Below, piece by piece: positions 60,530-64,000 of a DNA stretch of 64,000 bases (positions are counted from its first letter, which is position 1; each line of letters begins with the position of its first letter). The notes under the pieces were generated by a model that was given only the letters and a program-made list of their open reading frames with translations, was not told where the DNA came from and did no database searches. Made by a program: the position numbers and the translations under genes. Source of the stretch: Alphaproteobacteria bacterium (GTDB lineage Bacteria; Pseudomonadota; Alphaproteobacteria; SP197); assembly GCA_964291265.2 (NCBI GenBank), contig OZ219747.1, forward strand, positions 800,001-864,000. The letters run 5' to 3'.

Positions 60530-62095
60530 TCATGCGGTCTCGGCGCGGATATCGAGGAGATTGCGCGCCTCGCGCCCGCAGGCCACGCCGATCAGGTGAA
60601 CCGAGCCGTCGTGGTCGCGGTAGGTCTCCGCATAGCCTCGCTGGCGCATCTGCGTCATGGCCGCATCCAGCGCGGCGGCGCCGTCCTCCTCGCCGTCGGC
60701 CATCTTGAACTCCAGCACGAAGATCTGCCCGCCGAGACGCACCACCATGTCCGCACGGCCGCGATGCGAGGCCTCCTCCACGCTCAAGCCCACCCCGGCC
60801 GCGCGCAGGCACATGTAGAGAAGGCTCGCATACCAGGCCTCGTAGCGCGCCAGGTCGCCCCTGGCATGCCACTGATAGGGAATGCCCGCGAGCCAGGCGC
60901 GGAGCTTCTCGCCGAAGCCCGCGAAGTCGTTCGCCTCCAGCAGTGCGCAGAACTCCCGTCCCCGCTCCAGTGGCTCGCCCCCCTTCTTGCCCAGCCAGGC
61001 AAGCAGTCCGTCATTGAGGCTGATCCGGACCTCGAGGTTGGGATAGTCCAGACGGTAGAGGGTCCTGTGGTCCTGCCTTTCCTCCCCGGCGATGGTCAGG
61101 TAGCCGGTCTGGAAGAGCAGCGCCTCGATGTCGATGTCGCCGACATCGAACTTCGAGACCAGCGACGTGTCCGTCAGCCGCCCCTCCAGTTCCATCGGAC
61201 TCACCGACTTCTCCATCAGCATCCGGAACAGGAAGTTCGCAGATCCCGTCTCGAACCAGTAGGGGCGGAACTCGCGACTGTCGAGCAGCAGGAGCACGTC
61301 ATAGGGATTGTAGACCCGCTCCCCGCCTCGCCAGTGGTAACCGTTGTACCAGGTGCGGATCTCCTCGCGGTCCAGCCCGGCCATTTCGGGGCCGAACACA
61401 CGGTCCAGGTCCTCCTCGCGGTAGCCGCAGATCGTGCCAAAGCGCGGATCGAGGCTGATGTCCTTCAGATTGTTGAGTCCCGAGAACAGGCTGACCTTCG
61501 AGAACATGCTGACACCGGTGACGAAGACGAAGCGGACATGCCTGGCGCTGTCCTTGACGATGCCGTAGAAGCCGCGCAGGTAGTCCCGGTTGGTCGTCGC
61601 AAGCTCCGGATCGTGGAGCGCATCGAGGATCGGCTTGTCGTACTCGTCCACCAGCACCACGACCTGTCGGCCAGTGGCGTCGTGCAGGCGGTCGAGAAGG
61701 TCCCGCAGACGTCTCGGGCCGGTATAGGAGATCCGGGCAGGCGGGAGACCGTGCTCGCGCTCCACGCCATCCAGTTGCACGATGATGTCCTCTTCGATCT
61801 CGCCGGGTTCGTTGTATTTCCCGCCGAAGCTCAGCCGCACCACCGGATGGGGCGTTGACCAGTCCCAGTGGGGGTGGATGGCCAGTCCCCTAAACAGGGG
61901 TTCGCGGCAGGCAAACAGCGATCGCAGGGTGTCGAGCAGCAGGCTCTTGCCGAAGCGGCGCGGACGGGACAGGAAGTAGTGATCGCCCTGCTCGACCAGG
62001 TCCCGGATGAGCGAAGTCTTGTCGATATAGTAGCTGCCGGTCTCCCGGAGACGCCGGAAGTCCTGGATCCCGATCGGAAGACGGCGGCGGGTCAT
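60530..62095 (-). CDS. AAA-ATPase-like plus PD-(D/E)XK nuclease domain protein
   Basis: LPIGIQDF, YIDKT, SRPRRFGKS, LVDEYDKP, WYNGY, YWFETG, GRADM..VLEFK. Confidence 0.92.
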   Translation of the reverse strand: MTRRRLPIGIQDFRRLRETGSYYIDKTSLIRDLVEQGDHYFLSRPRRFGKSLLLDTLRSLFACREPLFRGLAIHPHWDWSTPHPVVRLSFGGKYNEPGEIEEDIIVQLDGVEREHGLPPARISYTGPRRLRDLLDRLHDATGRQVVVLVDEYDKPILDALHDPELATTNRDYLRGFYGIVKDSARHVRFVFVTGVSMFSKVSLFSGLNNLKDISLDPRFGTICGYREEDLDRVFGPEMAGLDREEIRTWYNGYHWRGGERVYNPYDVLLLLDSREFRPYWFETGSANFLFRMLMEKSVSPMELEGRLTDTSLVSKFDVGDIDIEALLFQTGYLTIAGEERQDHRTLYRLDYPNLEVRISLNDGLLAWLGKKGGEPLERGREFCALLEANDFAGFGEKLRAWLAGIPYQWHARGDLARYEAWYASLLYMCLRAAGVGLSVEEASHRGRADMVVRLGGQIFVLEFKMADGEEDGAAALDAAMTQMRQRGYAETYRDHDGSVHLIGVACGREARNLLDIRAETA

Positions 62096-62515
62096 TGATC
62101 TCTCCCTTCGCGGCGCCGGAAACCGCGGCCGGGTGGGGTGCGGAGAACCTTCCCTGTCGTGGCCCCGAATGTCCCGGAACGGCCGCGACGAACGCACGGA
62201 CAAACTATCCGCCTGCCTGTCCATGAGCAAGGGCCGGATATGACCGGGGAGAACATGACTCCGGAGCCGTTTAGCTGGACGCCCATGCCGCGGAACGGTG
62301 CCGGAGGCCGGAAGGCATCTTGAGCTGTGAGCCGTTCGGCCCTGTCGCCACGGGCCGGAAAGGGCCGAAGACCGAACCGGTTCCTGCCAACCGGCACCCG
62401 ACGCCCGGCGAGTGATGGTGACAAGAGAAGATGCCCGGACCCGAACGCCCTCAGGAACGATCCATGATCAGCGGGGGGGGGGGTGCTTTCAACCACCTAC
62501 GCGTGTATAGGGATC

Positions 62516-64000
62516 TTACTCCCGCCTTCTCTCACCGAGTGCTTCGCGCCGTCTTCTCTCGCTAAGTGCGTCACGCACCTGGATCGCCCAGTTCAGCCTT
62601 TCGAGACCCTGCCAGACCTTCTTCGCTCCCGGGAACGGCTGGCGCGGCGTGGGATGCGACCCGACAAGGCGCCCAAGGCCGATGACGACGGCACGGACAT
62701 CGCCCATCGCCCGGACCTCCCGGTGACCCTGGGATTCCAGCAGCGTGCGGAGCAGGTCGATGTCCTCACTCCTCGGCAAATACCTCGCTCGCCGGGGTCA
62801 AGGGACGCTCGCGCGCAAGCACGGTCAGGTCGGCAACATGGACGGCGGTGACGGCGTCGAAGGCAAGGCACGTCTTCAGGTCGTCGGCCCTGTCGAGCCG
62901 GCGGTCCTTGATCCGGGTCCCGGTCTTCAGCGTGCGGAACCAGGTCTCGATGCTCCATCGCGTCCGGTACCAGCCCAGAACGGTCGCCGCGTGCACGGCC
63001 TCGGCCTCCCCTGGTGCCGGGCGCTCGGTGGTCAGCAGCAGCCAGTGCAGGGCCTCGTCGCCGTCACCGGTTCCGGCCTCCCTGGCCGAGACCGCGAACA
63101 TGGACACAGGCTCCGCGTCGCGCTCCTTTTGCGGCGGCGCCACCGCGACCTGTGCCGTGCGGGTCTCGAGACGGGCGACGCGCTCCTTGCGGGCGCGCGG
63201 GCCGCCAGCGGCCGGGATCGTCAGCTCCGTCACCGCCACCAGCGGCCGGGCCGCGACATGCTTCCACAGGCACGTCTTTTTGCCGTCGGGCTCACCCACG
63301 CGCTGTTTCGCCGAACGGCTCGCACGCACCAGCAGCGCGGCTCCGGCGTCCGCGGCATGGGCGAGCAGTTCCCAGAAGTCGCCCTCGCGGTCGCAGACCG
63401 AGACGACACGCGTGTCCGGGCAGGCCGCCGCGAGCTCCCGGGCCCGCTCAAGCCCGGTGACCCAGCGCTGACTGTCCTCCCCGGGCTCCTGCCGAAAGGC
63501 CGCATCCATCGTGAACAGGCCCAGCGGCCGGCCCTCCGACGTCACCGCCAGACCGGCGTGGGCGAGGATGCCGACGCTCCCCTTGCCGCCGCCGCCGAGC
63601 TTGTCCAGACCCTTCGTGGCCTCCAGGCCGCTGTAGTTGATCGCCGTCGTGTCCTGTATCGCAAGGACAAGAGGCTCTGTCCGACAACGCTCCACGGTCG
63701 CCTCAACATGCGCTTCCAGAACGTGCTCCATGGAGACCCTCGGGTTCGACAGCAACCGATAAGCGGCCTTCTGCTCCGCCTTCTCGGGAAAGATGATCGG
63801 CAGGTCCTCCCCCATGTTCTTCATCCAGGCCCGGCCCATGTCAACGATGCGTCGCCGCACCCGACCGTCGGTATGGCGCGTGCGCCCGTACTCCCGCTCC
63901 GCCCAGTCCGCGTCAGTGCCGTCATAGACGCCCGCGAGGGCGCCGAGTGGACGGCGCTGTGTCCCGTGGAGCACCGTCCGCCAGCCGCTCTCCAGGGCCA
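62516..64000 (-). pseudogene. IS4-family (IS50/Tn5-like) transposase, frameshifted near 62770, 5' partial
   Basis: KAAYRLLSN, AIQDTT, VCDREGD, WLLLTT, YRTRWSIETWFRTLKTG; the C-terminus (LGRLVG..PGAKKVWQGLERL) is in another frame. Confidence 0.88.

Overview
High-GC bacterial chromosomal window, most likely from an alphaproteobacterium (inferred from MmcB, the ccmABCDE layout, COX15-type CtaA and cobT/cobS). Core genes include cobC/cobS/cobT, acnA, purC, lolA, a cyclophilin, ccmABCDE-ctaA, several catabolic enzymes, tRNA-Ala(CGC) and, unusually for this class, recC-recB-recD. Accessory blocks alternate with these: a PIN/winged-helix plus AAA+ ATPase gene pair at the left edge, a decayed island with two TA systems (6-9.5 kb), an AT-rich ORFan islet (17.8-19.3 kb), an RTX protein among IS and integrase debris (37.5-41.5 kb), and a mobile-element cluster (55.7-64 kb). 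The top finding is a 660-nt ORF-less group II intron (57514-58173) inside the transposase of an IS66-family element that carries a DUF4338 passenger. It retains D5/D6, has an EBS1 matching its exon and a closed D4 helix around the deleted RT gene, and its removal restores an in-frame 598-aa transposase. The same IS66 family has left ~116-120 bp MITEs and right-end remnants across the window. All family calls come from motif recognition by eye, without database searches.
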